From positions 32,001 through 96,000 of the IMG/VR virus record IMGVR_UViG_3300046806_000356: a stretch of DNA of 64,000 nt; one strand, given 5' to 3'. Source of the stretch: a virus. Below, piece after piece: positions 46,001 to 59,800 of the stretch. A program made the position numbers and the translations under genes. Each line of letters starts with the position of its first letter. Position 1 is the first letter of the stretch. Below the pieces are notes generated by a model. It saw only the letters and a list, made by a program, of their open reading frames with translations. It ran no database searches and was not told the DNA's origin.

Positions 46001-49000
46001 TTCTACTGACACATCTACATCGTTTTATGTTTTAAAAGTCAACGATAATTCTTTTAGAATTTGTGATGCCGGTATTGGGGGGGTAACTAAATCAAATTAT
46101 GAAAGAAAAAATTATGTCAGGTTTTCTTCCGTAGGATCTGGATACCAGTATTTTAGTTATCCAGAAATTTCTGTTTTTGTAGAATTTACAACACCTAATG
46201 GTATAAGTACTACACAAACAATTCAAATAACTCCCAAGGTCAGAGGAAAGATAATTGATGCTTATTTGTACGAATCTGGTACTGGATATGGATCATCTAT
46301 TTTAAATTTTGAAAAGAAACCAATCATTACTATTCAAAATGGAAAAGATGCTAAAATAGTACCCAATATTATCAATGGAACTATTAACTCAGCTAAAATT
46401 GAATATGGTGGTAAAGAATACTATTCTGATCCAGATATTATTGTAGAAGATCCAACTGGAACTGGTAGTGGGGCAGAAATAATACCTACAATTAGTGGTG
46501 GAAGAATTTCCAATGTTACTGTTACTAATTCCGGAATTGGATACTCAACAAGTTCAAAAATTAAAGTTGTTCCTGCCGGATCTAATGCACTCTTTGATGT
46601 ATCTATTAGAGACTTAACAATTAATAATACTAAGAGATTTAATTCTGAAATTTATACAGAAACCTTGGACAATAAGTTAAAATATTTAGTTTCTGGATAC
46701 TTTGATACGTTACAAAATTGCTTTGCAGATAATGGAACTTTCCATTCAAAGATCATTGGATGGGCATATGATGGTAATCCAATTTATGGTGCATATGGAT
46801 ACAACACCCCAGAAAACACCGAATCAATAAGACTTCTAACTTCAAGTTATATATTAGATACCTCTTATCTTGATAGACCATTTGGATTTGATGCTGGATT
46901 CTTTATTGAAGATTATCGTTATGATGGAAGTGGAGATTTGGATATTCATAATGGAAGATTTTGCAAAACTCCAGAGTTTCCAAATGGAATATATGCATAT
47001 TTTTCACCAATTGATAATATAAATTCAGAATCAAAGTTTCCTTATTTTATTGGTGATTCATATAGATCGAATACATTAATTGAAAATTCTTCTTTGGATC
47101 AATCGTTTGATTTTGGAAGTTCCGATTTATTAAGAAACACATATCCATATAAACTGATTGATTCAAATATTGAAAACGATTTTATTCCAAGTTATTTGGA
47201 TCTAAAAAATCAACTTTTAACTGTAAATTCAATTGCAAGTGGAGTTATTAGTGGTTTTAATATTGTCAATTCTGGATCAGATTATAAAGTCAATGATTTA
47301 TTAGCATTTACCAATGCTGATGACATTGGGATATCCGCTAAAGTTTCTTCATTAAATGGAAAGGAAGTTGAAAATGTTGTAACATCGACGGAAACTTATA
47401 ATAATACCATTGTTTCTTGGAATAATCAAAATCAGGCAAAAATAACAATTTTACCCTATCACAGTTTAAAAGATAATGACTATGTGACTTTATCTGGATT
47501 TTCCACCAATCTTACAACACTAGATGGATTTTATAAAATTGGAGTATCTTCACAATATTCAACAGTTACAAGAGATATTCCTCAAGCAACATCTATTGGG
47601 TCCACTGAAGTATACGTTTCCCAAATTCCAAATGCCATTTCAGTTGGAAGTAGCATTGGCATTGGAACCGAAACTCTGAAAGTTCTTGGTATTTTTAAAA
47701 ATGAAAATATTTTAAAGGTGAAGAGAGGATTAACTGGTGCTGGGTCTTCTCATATTGCATCATCCACAATTTCAGTATTTCCAAACTCATTTACAATTAC
47801 ATCCAATTTAGATTATTTTGATTCAAAAGTTAACGATAAAGTTTTCTTTAATCCAAGAGAGTCTGTTGGTGTTGGCACAACACTTGGTACAAGTAGTTCA
47901 GTATCTTTTAATTTTGGAGACTCCACAGTCATTAGAGACATTCCAGTAAAAGGAATATATTTGGAAAATCACCCATTTGTAACTAATCAGAAAGTACTTT
48001 TCACAATACCTAGTGGAAACATTTCAGTTTCTACAAATGGATCAAGTACATATTCGATTCCAACTAGTGGAATATCACAAGAATTTTATGTTGTAAATAA
48101 AAGTATTAATTTGGTAGGTTTAAAAACTTCATTTACTGCTCCAGAACTGTTCTTTCATGGTAATGGAGATGATAATGATGAATATTCGATTGAAAGCATG
48201 TTTAATCAGATTAAGGGAACAGTACAGAGATATAAAACTACAGTATCAGTTTCTACTGCGCATGAACTATTAAATGGTGATGCTATTACATTAAATGTAA
48301 ATCCAAACTTAAATGTAGGAATTGGAACTTCAACTTCCGTAAGAATTTTATATAATACAGAATATGGAAAATTAATAATTAATCCAATTGGATTTGGATC
48401 GGAAAATGTGATTCGTACTAAGCAGTACTATGCTATTCCAACTAGACAATCAACGATTGATACTGCGGTTGGAATAGCATTTACTTCTAAAGCAATATCA
48501 CCTTTAGCGACAAGAAATGCCCAACAAATTTACGATTATATTTGGGACAATTATAGTAAGTTTGATGTTGATGGTGATGGTGTGGTTAGTGATGTAGATG
48601 GATTAATTCTTGCAAGAGAAATGTCTCCTGCTTTTACTGGAGATGCTTTAATATCAGGCATTACTTTTCCATTAGGAGCAACAAGAACAACAGCATCTTC
48701 AATCAGATCTTATATTAGTTCTGTAACTGGTGGTGTAGGAATTGGTAGTACGATTGGCACTGCACCATTTAGTTCTTGCTATGATATAGATGGTCATGGA
48801 AGTGTAGGATTTAATAATGATGGTATAATGATTTATAGATTTGCAGTCACTCCAAGACTTGGTGCTGGAGGATTTTATTCCCCAGGTACATTGAGAGGAT
48901 CTTTTGAAATTGTAAATCATGGACTAAAAACAGGAGATAAAGTTCTTTATCTGAATAATACAACTTCAATATTAAAACCAGTAGATAGTGGTGAATATTT

Positions 49001-52000
49001 TGTTCATAGAAACAATGATAATAGTTTTCAGTTAGGTTTAACTTATAAAGATGTGGTCGAAGATCCAATAAATCCTGTAAGTATTGCATATACGGGAGTA
49101 TCGAATCAATCAATCTCTCTCATTAATCCACCAATTCAAGTAATAAAAAATAACAGTCTAAAGTTTGATCTATCAAATTCCTCATTAACTGGATATAAGT
49201 TAAAAATTTATTATGATAAAGATTTTAAAAATGAATTTGTGTCTACAGGATCCAGTACATCTTTTAATATTTCTGGATTGGGGACAGTAGGAGTATCTAC
49301 AACAGCATCATTGACATTAAGTTACGGTGAAAATTTACCATCTAAACTATATTATAACTTAGAAAAATCTGGATATATTAGCACAACTGATTCCAATGTT
49401 GTCAACTATTCTCAAATAGAATTTATTGATAGTTTTTACGATAACAATTATATAATTTCTGGAGTGGGGACGACAACATTTAGTGTTTATCTTGAAAAAA
49501 GTCCAGAAAGAGTATCATATGCAAAAACTGAATGTGATAATCTTGAATATTTTACAAGCTCATTAAATGCAAAGGGATCTATAAAGGAAATTGGCATAAT
49601 TTCAAAGGGATCAAGTTCCAAAAATATTCCAATTATTACTGAGATAAATTCAACTGATGGCACGAATGCAAATGTTTTCTGTAAGACAAAAAATATAGGT
49701 GATATTAAAGAATTGGGATTAATCAATGAAGGATTCGAATATCCATCAGATCCAACCTTACAACCCACTGCATATATTTCTCCACAAATTGCCATAAAGG
49801 CAGCAAATACAATTGGTGTCGTCACTGTTACTAGTGGAGGATCAGAATATATTAATCCACCATCTATTGTCATTGTTAATACTCTTACTGGTGAAAAAAT
49901 TGATAGTGGAATTTTGGAAGCATCTCTATCGGGATCTTCTATATCTGCCGTAAAAGTTTTACAAGATCCAAAAGGAGTTCCAGATGCTGAAGTAAACTTG
50001 TTTGCTACAAATAATACAAATGGATTTAGTATTCAACAAGTTCAATCATCTTCTACTGGAATTTTTACGTGTTTTATTTCCAAACCAACTGGAGGATTCA
50101 CACCAAATCCATTTGAAGTAGGAGATGAAGTGTTTATTGAAGGAATTAAAAAAGAAAGTACTGATGGAGATGGATTTAATTCTGAAGAGTATGGATATCA
50201 GTTTTTCAATGTTACTAGTTTTGATGACACGACTGAACTTCTAGCTAAAATTGTTATAAACGTTTCTGAACTAACAGCAAATACAGGAATTGCGAAAACA
50301 ATTCAAGACTTTATTCCTACAATCATTAACAGGAAGACATATCCTATTTTCGAGTTTTCTAAGAAAAAAGCATCATTTATCATTGGAGAAAAAATTATTT
50401 CAAATGAAGTTGAAAGAGATTTGAAGATTGTAGGATACAATGATTCATTTATTAAAGTTGTCGGTTCTTATGAGTTATCAATAGATGAAACATTTAAAGG
50501 AAAAGAGTCTGGAACAATTGCTACTGTTGAGAGCATCAAAGAAAATATAGGTCGATTCAAAATTAATTTTTCATCTGATAAAAATATTGGATGGTCCAAT
50601 AACATTGGAATTCTAAATGATGATGCACAAGTAATACCCGATAATGACTACTATCAAAATTTATCATATACAATTAAGAGTCCCATTACGTATGACGAAT
50701 TTAAAACTCCTGTAAACAATTTATTACATAGTGTAGGAACAAAAAACTTTAGTGATACCGGCATAACATCTACAACTTCTGTTGGAATAGGAAGTGAAAA
50801 TGTAACCACAATAATTAGAGATATTATTGAAGAGCAAAGAGTAGACACAATCTATAATTTTGATTTATCAAAAGACATTGATGCTGTTAGTGGTTATTCT
50901 AAGTTTTTAAAATTAGAAAATAAAATATTAACTCCATTTATAAACAATACAACTAATAATGTGTTGAAATTGGATGATATTAATCGACTATTCTCAAACT
51001 TGGAAACAAGTCCATATGAGTTCTTAAATCTTATCAATTTAAAAGAACAAAATAGTTCTTATATTAATATTTTAGTTAGAGTTACTTCATCAGATAACAC
51101 AGAGATACAATTATCAGATTTAATCATTCTAAATGATGGAACTGATATTTCTATTCTTGAAAAAGGAACTCTTGTAAATTCTGGAATTGGTCTAACTCAT
51201 TTCTCTGGAGAAAACCTTGGAGACTTCTCAATAGAGGAAAATGAATTTAAAGAAGTTTATTTAAGATTTACTCCAGCAAATTCTTACGAAAAGGATTATG
51301 ATCTCAAGTGGATTCAAAGTTATTTTGATGCAAACACTATAGGTATTGCATCAACTTCAATTGGATTTGTAAAATTATTTAATTCTATTGATAAATCATC
51401 CCCAGGAATAACAACAAATATTGTTTCTTTAGCATCAACTTCATTTGAATCACTTCATGCTTCTGTGCAAGTTATAAACGAATTGACAAATGAAATTAAC
51501 TTTGTAGAATTATATTTGACTCAAGATGGAACAAATACGTTTATATCTGAATATTATTTTGATAATAGTAATCAAAATAGTTATTCTGGAAACTTTATAG
51601 GATCATTCGGTTCAGATCTACAATCCAATATTCTATCTCTTAATTTTACAAACACTTTAGATACTGGTAATGTTACTGTAAAGTCTAGTATTATTGGATT
51701 TGGAACTGCAGATACTATTGGTGTGGGTAGTATTTACAGATTTAAGAATGTTGGATCTGATGGATCAGAAAGAAGTGCAGTTTATATCTCAAATTATCAA
51801 ACTACTACATCCGGATTATCAACATCAATACTTGACATAAATGCAGGTCTTTTTAACTGTGTCAAATCAGTAGTTGAGGTTAGTGCAGGATCAACAAAGG
51901 CACTTCATCAAGTCATGATGATTCACGATGGAGTAGATGTATATACTGAACAGATGCAATTTTTATCTGTAAGTGGCATATCCACATCAGATTCTGGAGT

Positions 52001-55000
52001 TGGATTAGGCACATTTGGAGGGACTTTTGAAAATTCTGGAAATAATTTTGTATTGAAGTTCTATCCAGATGCTGGAGTAACTCAAAATCTTTCTATTTCA
52101 AACTTGAATAAGTGTCTTTACCAAACCATCGATGCAATCAATATACCACCAGACTTAACTTATGTTGAAGGTGGTTCGATCTTAGGAAGAGAGTCTATTG
52201 AAGTTGACTTTTTCAACTCTTTAGGTGGAACTAGAATTAATAGAAAAGATTTTCCATTAACTTCAAATGGATTGAAAGTTTTTGCCAGAGAGTTTGATCC
52301 GACTGACAATACTCAAATTTCTGTTGCAGGAACATTTACTTCTTCAAATCACTTTTTCAGTGAAGGTGAGCAATTAATTTATACACCTAAGTCTACAATA
52401 GTAGGTTTAGCTGCTACACCTATGGTTTATAAATTGGGTGGTATTACCACTTCTTTACCATCTTCTGTTTTTGCAGTGAATATATCCGAGAATACTTTCC
52501 AAATCTCTACAACAAGAGCAGGAACTGCAGTCACTTTTGTTTCTCGTGGTAGTGGAAATTCTCATCAATTTGAGATGGCAAAGAAAAATGAAAAAACAAT
52601 TATAACAATTGATGACGTAATTCAATATCCAATATCTTTTGTAAAATCATCACATCAACTTCCTATTGGAATTGGATTAACTTCGACAATATTTGCATTA
52701 TCTGGGATAAGTACAGTATTCCCAAGAGATCTTTTAAAGATTGATAGTGAGTATATGAGTGTGGCTAGTGTTGGTTTTGGAACAACTAGCATTGGTCCCA
52801 TAACTGGAATAGGAACGACTGCCCTGGTAGAAGTGGTTAGAGGATTTGTTGGGTCTTCTTCAACTTCCCATTCTTCTGGTGCTCAAGTTAAAGTGTATCG
52901 AGGAGCATATAATATTGAAGGTAATAGTATTTACTTCAGTGAAGCACCAAGAGGAAATCCACAAATAGAAAGAGATTTTAGTAACTTAGTATTCCAAACT
53001 TCAGAATTTAGTGGAAGAGTATTTTTGAGGAAAAATTACGATTCTAATGTAGTTTTTGATAATGTGTCAAATGAGTTCAATGGAATAGGTAGAACATTTA
53101 CACTTACTGTTGGTGGTGCAAATACTGTTGGTTTAGGTACAACTGGTGGAAATGGAATTGTTCTTATAAATGGTCTTTTCCAATCACCAACAACAGAAAA
53201 TAACCCAGAAAATAATTTTAAAATTATTGAAACCACTGGACCTTCAGGAGTAACAAGTGTAGTTTTCTCTAGCATAAGACCAAATCTTGATATTATTTCA
53301 CAATATGATATTAATCAAAATGAGATACCTAGAGGTGGTATTATTGTTTCTCTGGGATCATCAAGTGGATTGGGATATGCACCGTTAGTTGGAGCATCTG
53401 TGACCGCAGTGGTGGGTGCTGGGGGTTCAATTGTATCTGTGGGATTGGGAACAACTAATATAGTTGGATCTGGTTATAATGGTATAGTTTCAATTGGTGT
53501 TACTGTTTATCAAGAGGGTCATGTTGGAACTGCCGCCAGTATTATGGCAGTTGTAGGTGCTGGTGGAACATTGTCATTTACAGTTAGCATTGGTGGAACT
53601 GGATATACTAATCCTAAAATATTTGTTTCTGATCCATCATATGAGAATTTAAAAGTTACTGGTGTTTCCAGAATTGGTATTGGAACAACAACTGCGACAG
53701 GATTAGGGTTGTTGCTAAATGTTGAAGTTGGAGCAAGTTCAACAACAGGTATAGGATCAACGTATTTTGAAGTGACAGGATTTAATATAACAAGACAAGG
53801 ATATTCTTTCAGAAAAGGTGATGTATTCAAACCAGTTGGCCTTGTAACCGATAGAAGATTGGCAAATCCTCTGTCAGAATTTACATTGACTGTTCTTGAT
53901 ACATTCTCTGATTCTTTTGCGGCTTGGCAGTTTGGTAATTTAAATTATATTGACTCAATTAAAAATTATCAAGATGGCGTCAGACAAAATTTCCCATTAT
54001 ACTACAATGGTGAGCTGTTGAGTTTTGAGAAGGATGAAAATTCTACGATAGATCTTCAAAATTTACTGTTGATTTTTATTAACGGAGTTTTACAAGAACC
54101 AGGAGTTTCATACTTGTTTAGTGGTGGAACATCTTTTGTGTTTACAACAGCACCAAAAGTAGAAGATGAAATTTCTGTCTTTTTCTATAGAGGAACCATT
54201 GGAGATGACAGTGCCCTCAATGATAATGTATATCCAACTTTAAAATCTGGTGATATTGTAAAAGTTCATAAAAACAACAAGTACCCAAGTACCATATCTC
54301 AAAATAATAGAACAGTATTTAATTTAACATATTCTGACAAATTTGAAACTAGTCTTTATAGTGGAGTTGGTATAGATGAAACTTTTGAAAAACCAGTAAG
54401 TTGGACAAAACAAAAGAAAGATCAAAAAATAAATGGAGTATTTGTTTATAAATCAAGAAGCTCCATAGAAACTCAGGTATACCCAACTGCAAGAGTTATT
54501 AAGAGTATTTCACCAACAGATCAACAAATATTTGTCGATAATGCACAATTCTTTAATTATGATAATACAGCTTCACCCGAACTTTTTGACATTTTAGTTA
54601 TTAATGATGCACTTTCTGGTGTCGGCACAACAACTTCAGTAGGTTTTGTTGAATTGATGAGTGGAGTTAATGAAGTTGGAGGTTTTTCTGGTGTTATCAG
54701 TGGAATATCTACCAGTGTTGGAATTGGTACTTCTCTAGCATTAAGATTCTATATTAATAACTTAAATCAAAATAACTTGGTAGGATTGCAGACTGGAAAT
54801 CCAATTTTTATTTACAATACATCGATAGGATCTGGTGTTACATCTATAAATAATTCCAATACATCAGTAGTTGGAGTTGGCACAACGTATCTTGACAATG
54901 TTTATCTCATTCATAGTTGGTCCAATGTTGTTGGAGATGATAACTTGGGGATTATCACATGCAACGTTCACTCATCATCTAATATAATTGGATTGACAAC

Positions 55001-55202
55001 TTCAGGAACAGAATTAAATCCAGTTGGGAATTTCTCATGGGGAAAACTGAGTGGATTTGCTAGATCAAGTTCACCAATTTCTATTGGTGCAAGTGGTAAT
55101 AGGGTAGATGTTGGATTGACTACATTTGCAACTGTTCATAGAAGGGGTATAGGATTGAAATTAAGATACGAAACTGGAGCACTCCCTAAACAAGGGGTAT
55201 AG
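43049..55202 (+). CDS. Giant baseplate wedge initiator (gp7-like, ~4050 aa), split by a +1 frameshift near 43793
   Basis: ORF 43049-43810 (FLKQYY, FYKSKGT..SFKILFKVLYG) continues in the +1 frame, open from 43794 to 55202; position between gp6 and gp8. Confidence 0.8.
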
Positions 55203-55242
55203 GATTGAAATTAAGATACGAAACTGGAGCACTCCCTAAACA
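55142..55242 (+). repeat. Exact 50-bp tandem duplication at the gp7-like gene 3' end
   Basis: AAGGGGTATAGGATTGAAATTAAGATACGAAACTGGAGCACTCCCTAAAC x2. Confidence 0.95.
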
Positions 55243-55244
55243 GT

Positions 55245-55252
55245 TATAAATA
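55245..55252 (+). promoter_or_regulatory. T4-type late promoter TATAAATA
   Basis: Exact consensus before gp8. Confidence 0.85.
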
Positions 55253-55269
55253 GATAAAAAACTATTAGT

Positions 55270-56835
55270 ATGTCAGCAATTATAACAGATCAATTTAGAT
55301 TATTTAATGCAGAAAATTTTGTTGATTCTGTTAACAACAATGATAATTCATATTATGTTTTTTTAGGATTGTCAAATCCAACAAAATCTAATAGCTTTGG
55401 TAGAAGCACTGGATGGAATTCAAATCCTGATGAACCTGTAGATAACTTACAATACGTATCTCATTATAAAGATACTCTACTGTTTGGAAAAAAAATTATA
55501 TCATCGAATGTAAGAAGAATTGTAAGAAAGGTTACTTGGACAGAGAATAACAAATATGAAATGTATCGTCATGACTATAGTACTACTAATTTGGCACCAA
55601 TATCAGAGTTACCAAGACTGTATGACTGCGACTATTATGTGATGAATAGTGACTATAGGGTCTATATCTGTATAGATAATGGATCTTCGGTTACTAATCC
55701 AAAAGGAAATAAATCTCAAGATCAACCAACGTTTACTGATGAGGATTCTTCAGCAGCAGGATCTAGTGGTGACGGGTATGTTTGGAAATATCTATTCACT
55801 ATATTGCCAAGTGACATCATAAAATTTGACTCTACAGAATATATCGTATTACCCAATAATTGGGATGATACATCAACTAATAGTGAAATTAAACGTATTC
55901 GAGATGCTGGTAATTCGGATGTTGAAGAGAACCAGATTCAAAAGATTTATATTGCAAATGCCGGATCCAGTTATTTAAGTAGAGATGAAGAATATAGTGT
56001 CGATATTAACGGAGATGGAACTGGAGCTACTGCATCTATTAAAGTAACTGATGGAAAAATTGTTTCTGCCAGAGTTACATCTGGTGGTAAGGGGTATACT
56101 TATGGAATAGTTGATTTGGGACGACTAAGGGCAGGGACCATTCAAGAAGATGCTCAATTAGTAGTAATTATTCCACCATCAAAAGGACATGGATATGATA
56201 TTTACAAAGAATTGGGTGCAGATAGAGTTTTAATTTATGCAAGATTTGATGATTTAACTGAGGATACTCCAATTAGCACTGCATTTGCTCAGATTGGTAT
56301 TTTAAAAAATCCAAAATATAATACTGCGGATACTTTATTTGAAGAGAATCAATTTTCTTCTTTATATGCAATTAAATTATCATCAATTGGACAAATTCCA
56401 ATAATTGGTGAGCAAATACGTCAAGTTAGAGAGTCTGATGAGAAAATTGCAAAAGGATATGTTGCCTCTTACGATTCCAATACTAGAGTTTTAAAGTATT
56501 TTAGAGACAGATCTTTATATTTTCCAAATGGTGAGGATGAAACAGATGATACTGATATCAGTGATGTTTCTGAAGTTTTGGATTTTGAATCTTCATCAGC
56601 AAATCAAATTCAGTTCGTTGATTCTGCATTTAGTGCTCCCATTGATACCACATTTGACGAAAATAAGGTTATTAAAGATGGAAAAATTATAAATCTTGGT
56701 GTAACTTTTTCAAATGGTCTTTCTAATCCAGAGATAAATAAAAAGACAGGGGATATAATTTATATTGATAACAGACCCTTAGTTACAAGAAATTTAAGAC
56801 AAAAAGAAGACGTTAAAATTATTCTGGAATTTTAA
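55270..56835 (+). CDS. gp8: Baseplate wedge subunit, T4 gp8-like
   Basis: MSAIITDQFR..NA..F; YRVYICIDN; DGYVWKYLFTI; C-terminal GDIIYIDNR...QKEDVKIILEF. Confidence 0.9.
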   Translation: MSAIITDQFRLFNAENFVDSVNNNDNSYYVFLGLSNPTKSNSFGRSTGWNSNPDEPVDNLQYVSHYKDTLLFGKKIISSNVRRIVRKVTWTENNKYEMYRHDYSTTNLAPISELPRLYDCDYYVMNSDYRVYICIDNGSSVTNPKGNKSQDQPTFTDEDSSAAGSSGDGYVWKYLFTILPSDIIKFDSTEYIVLPNNWDDTSTNSEIKRIRDAGNSDVEENQIQKIYIANAGSSYLSRDEEYSVDINGDGTGATASIKVTDGKIVSARVTSGGKGYTYGIVDLGRLRAGTIQEDAQLVVIIPPSKGHGYDIYKELGADRVLIYARFDDLTEDTPISTAFAQIGILKNPKYNTADTLFEENQFSSLYAIKLSSIGQIPIIGEQIRQVRESDEKIAKGYVASYDSNTRVLKYFRDRSLYFPNGEDETDDTDISDVSEVLDFESSSANQIQFVDSAFSAPIDTTFDENKVIKDGKIINLGVTFSNGLSNPEINKKTGDIIYIDNRPLVTRNLRQKEDVKIILEF

Positions 56836-56838
56836 GAA

Positions 56839-59800
56839 ATGGCACAAAAAACAAATTTAAATATTAGTCCATATTATGATGATTTTAATTCTGAGAAGAA
56901 TTTTTATAAAGTCTTATTTAATCCAGGAAGGGCAGTACAAGCTAGAGAATTAACTACCCTCCAGTCAATTTTACAAAACCAAGTAGAGTCATTTGGTAGT
57001 CATATATTCAAAGAGGGATCTGTTGTGATCCCCGGAAATATAGTATATGACGGTCAATTTTATGCGGTCAAATTAAATCAAACAAATTTTGGCACGGATA
57101 TTTCATTATATATTGATCAATATATTGGTAAAAAAATAACCGGACAAACATCTGGAGTTACGGCAACCGTTCAACACATCGAACTCATTGATGATATATC
57201 TGTTTTAGAACCAACAATTTATGTAAAATATATTGATTCAGATAATAATTTTAATTTCACGCAGTTTCAAGATGGAGAATCTTTGATTGCAAGTGAAAAT
57301 ATCACTTATGGAAATACTACAATCAATTCTGGAACTCCATTCGCATCATTAATTTCATTAAATGCAACATCAACAGGATCGGCAGCATTTATTGGTAATG
57401 GAGTTTATTTTGTTAGAGGATATTTTGTCAATGTTTCTCAACAAACTTTATTACTCGATTACTATACAAATACCTCATCATATAGAGTTGGGTTGAGAAT
57501 AGAAGAATCTATTGTAACTGCTAAAGATGACATAGATCTTTATGATAATGCTAAAGGATTTACAAATTATGCTGCACCAGGATCTGATCGATTCAAAATT
57601 GATTTAGTTTTAGATAAAAAACCACTTACAGATTTAAATGACACTAATTTTATTGAATTACTGCGAATAGAGAATGGTTTTATAAAAAAAATAGAAACCA
57701 AAAGCAATAACAACATTATCAGAGATTACTTAGCACAAAGAACATATGATGAATCTGGAGATTATTCTGTAGAACCATTCAATCCATCTATTCACAATTC
57801 ACTAAATGATAGATTAGGTAGCAATGGACTGTTTTTTGAAAACGAAACGACCTCACAAAGAAATATACCATCAAATAATTTGATGTGTGTCAAAATTTCT
57901 CCGGGAAAAGCTTATGTGAGGGGATATGATATTGAAAAACAATCCACTGTAATTTTAGATGTAGATAAACCAAGAGAGACTAAATCTCAATCAAATGTTG
58001 GCATTTCTTTTGAAATGGGCAATCTTCTGAGAGTCAATAATGTATCTGGTGTCCCACAGCAGAAGGGGATTGTTACATTTTTCAGTGAGTTAAACGGATC
58101 TGGATCTGGGGTTGGTAGTGCTCGGGTATACAATTTCAACTTAACAGACTCTGCGTTTATAAATGGGGCAACAAATTGGGACTTATATTTGTATGATATT
58201 CAAACAAATACCAGTTTAACTTTAAATAACGTTATAAGTTCATCTGATCTCCCAACATCATCTTTTGTAAAAGGCAAAAATAGTGGAGCAAGTGGATATG
58301 CAGTTTCTGCAGGATCAAATTCATCTATAATTACCTTAAGACAAACATCTGGATCTTTTGCTCCAGGTGAGCAAATCTCAATCAATGGTGTTGATTTTCC
58401 AAGAACAATTGTATCAATTACTGCATACGGAACTCAAAATATAAAATCGATAAAACAGGATTCCAATTTTCCCATCACTGGCATTGCAACTTTTGCCGCA
58501 AATGCAGTGCTTGAAAGATTTAGAATGCCTGGTAACATTACTCAAGTATCAATTTCTACTGCTAGTGGGGGAGTATCAACAGTTACTTCGGTTGGACGTG
58601 TCTTTACAGGCATAACAACAAATACAATTGTCAGGTATCAAAAAATTGGATTTAATACAGAAACCTACAATAAAGTTTCTTCTATATCTTCAAGTGGGTT
58701 ATCTATAACTCTCTCAGGTATAACTACAAATGTATCTGGAGTTTTTGAAGGATCATTACCGACAAGTACAGTTTTAACAAACATTTTTGCTGCAGCACCA
58801 ATTATCCGAAATCAAGATTCTGCATATCTATACACAAATCTTCCTAATAATAATATTTCAAAAGTAAATCTGTCAGATTCAACGTTGAGAATATCTGCTC
58901 AATTACCAAATCAGACAATTACTGCAAATACATTAACTTTAAGTGCTGCAACTGTTGCATCAACTCTTGGCATTTCTTCTGTATATTTCGATTCATTTGA
59001 TCAAGAAAAGTATTCAGTTCATTACCCCAATGGAACTATATCCAGTTTATCATCAGATTCTGTTACAGCAAGTAATGATACATTAACGATTAGAAATTTA
59101 ACAAATACAACCGCGGCAACAGTTAATGTTACTTTGGTTAAAAATAATATTAGAAGTAAAGTAAAAAAATATTCTAGAAGTGAAACGGTAGAAATTACAA
59201 GATCCAAGTACAAGCAATCTGGTGCTGGAATTAATACTTCAATCTCTGACGGATTAACATACAGTCAATATTATGGATTAAGAGTTCAAGACGAAGAAAT
59301 TTGTTTAAATGTTCCAGATGTTGCAAAGGTTATCTCAATATATGAATCTTTTAATTCTTCGGCACCATCATTCGACAGAGTTTTATTCACTTCAACTGCA
59401 AATGTTGGGACAAATTCAATCGTTGGTGAAAACATAATTGGAAGCATCTCAAATGCAGTTGCAAGAATCGTAAATAGACTAACCTCACCAGCAAATACTC
59501 TTGAAGTTGTTTATTTAACAGATGATAGATTTGTAACTGGAGAAACTGTAACATTTGAAGAATCCAATATTACTACAGAAATTGAAGCAATTACATTGGG
59601 AAGTTATAAGGACGTTACTAACTCATATTTCTTAGAAAAAGGTCAAAAAGATCAGTATTATGATTACTCCAAGATTATAAGAAATAAAAACGTTCCAGAA
59701 TCAAGTAAGAGATTATTAATTGTATATGATAGATACACAGTTGAATCTAATGATAATGGGGATGTCTTTACTGTATTAAGTTATGATGAAGAAAGATTTT

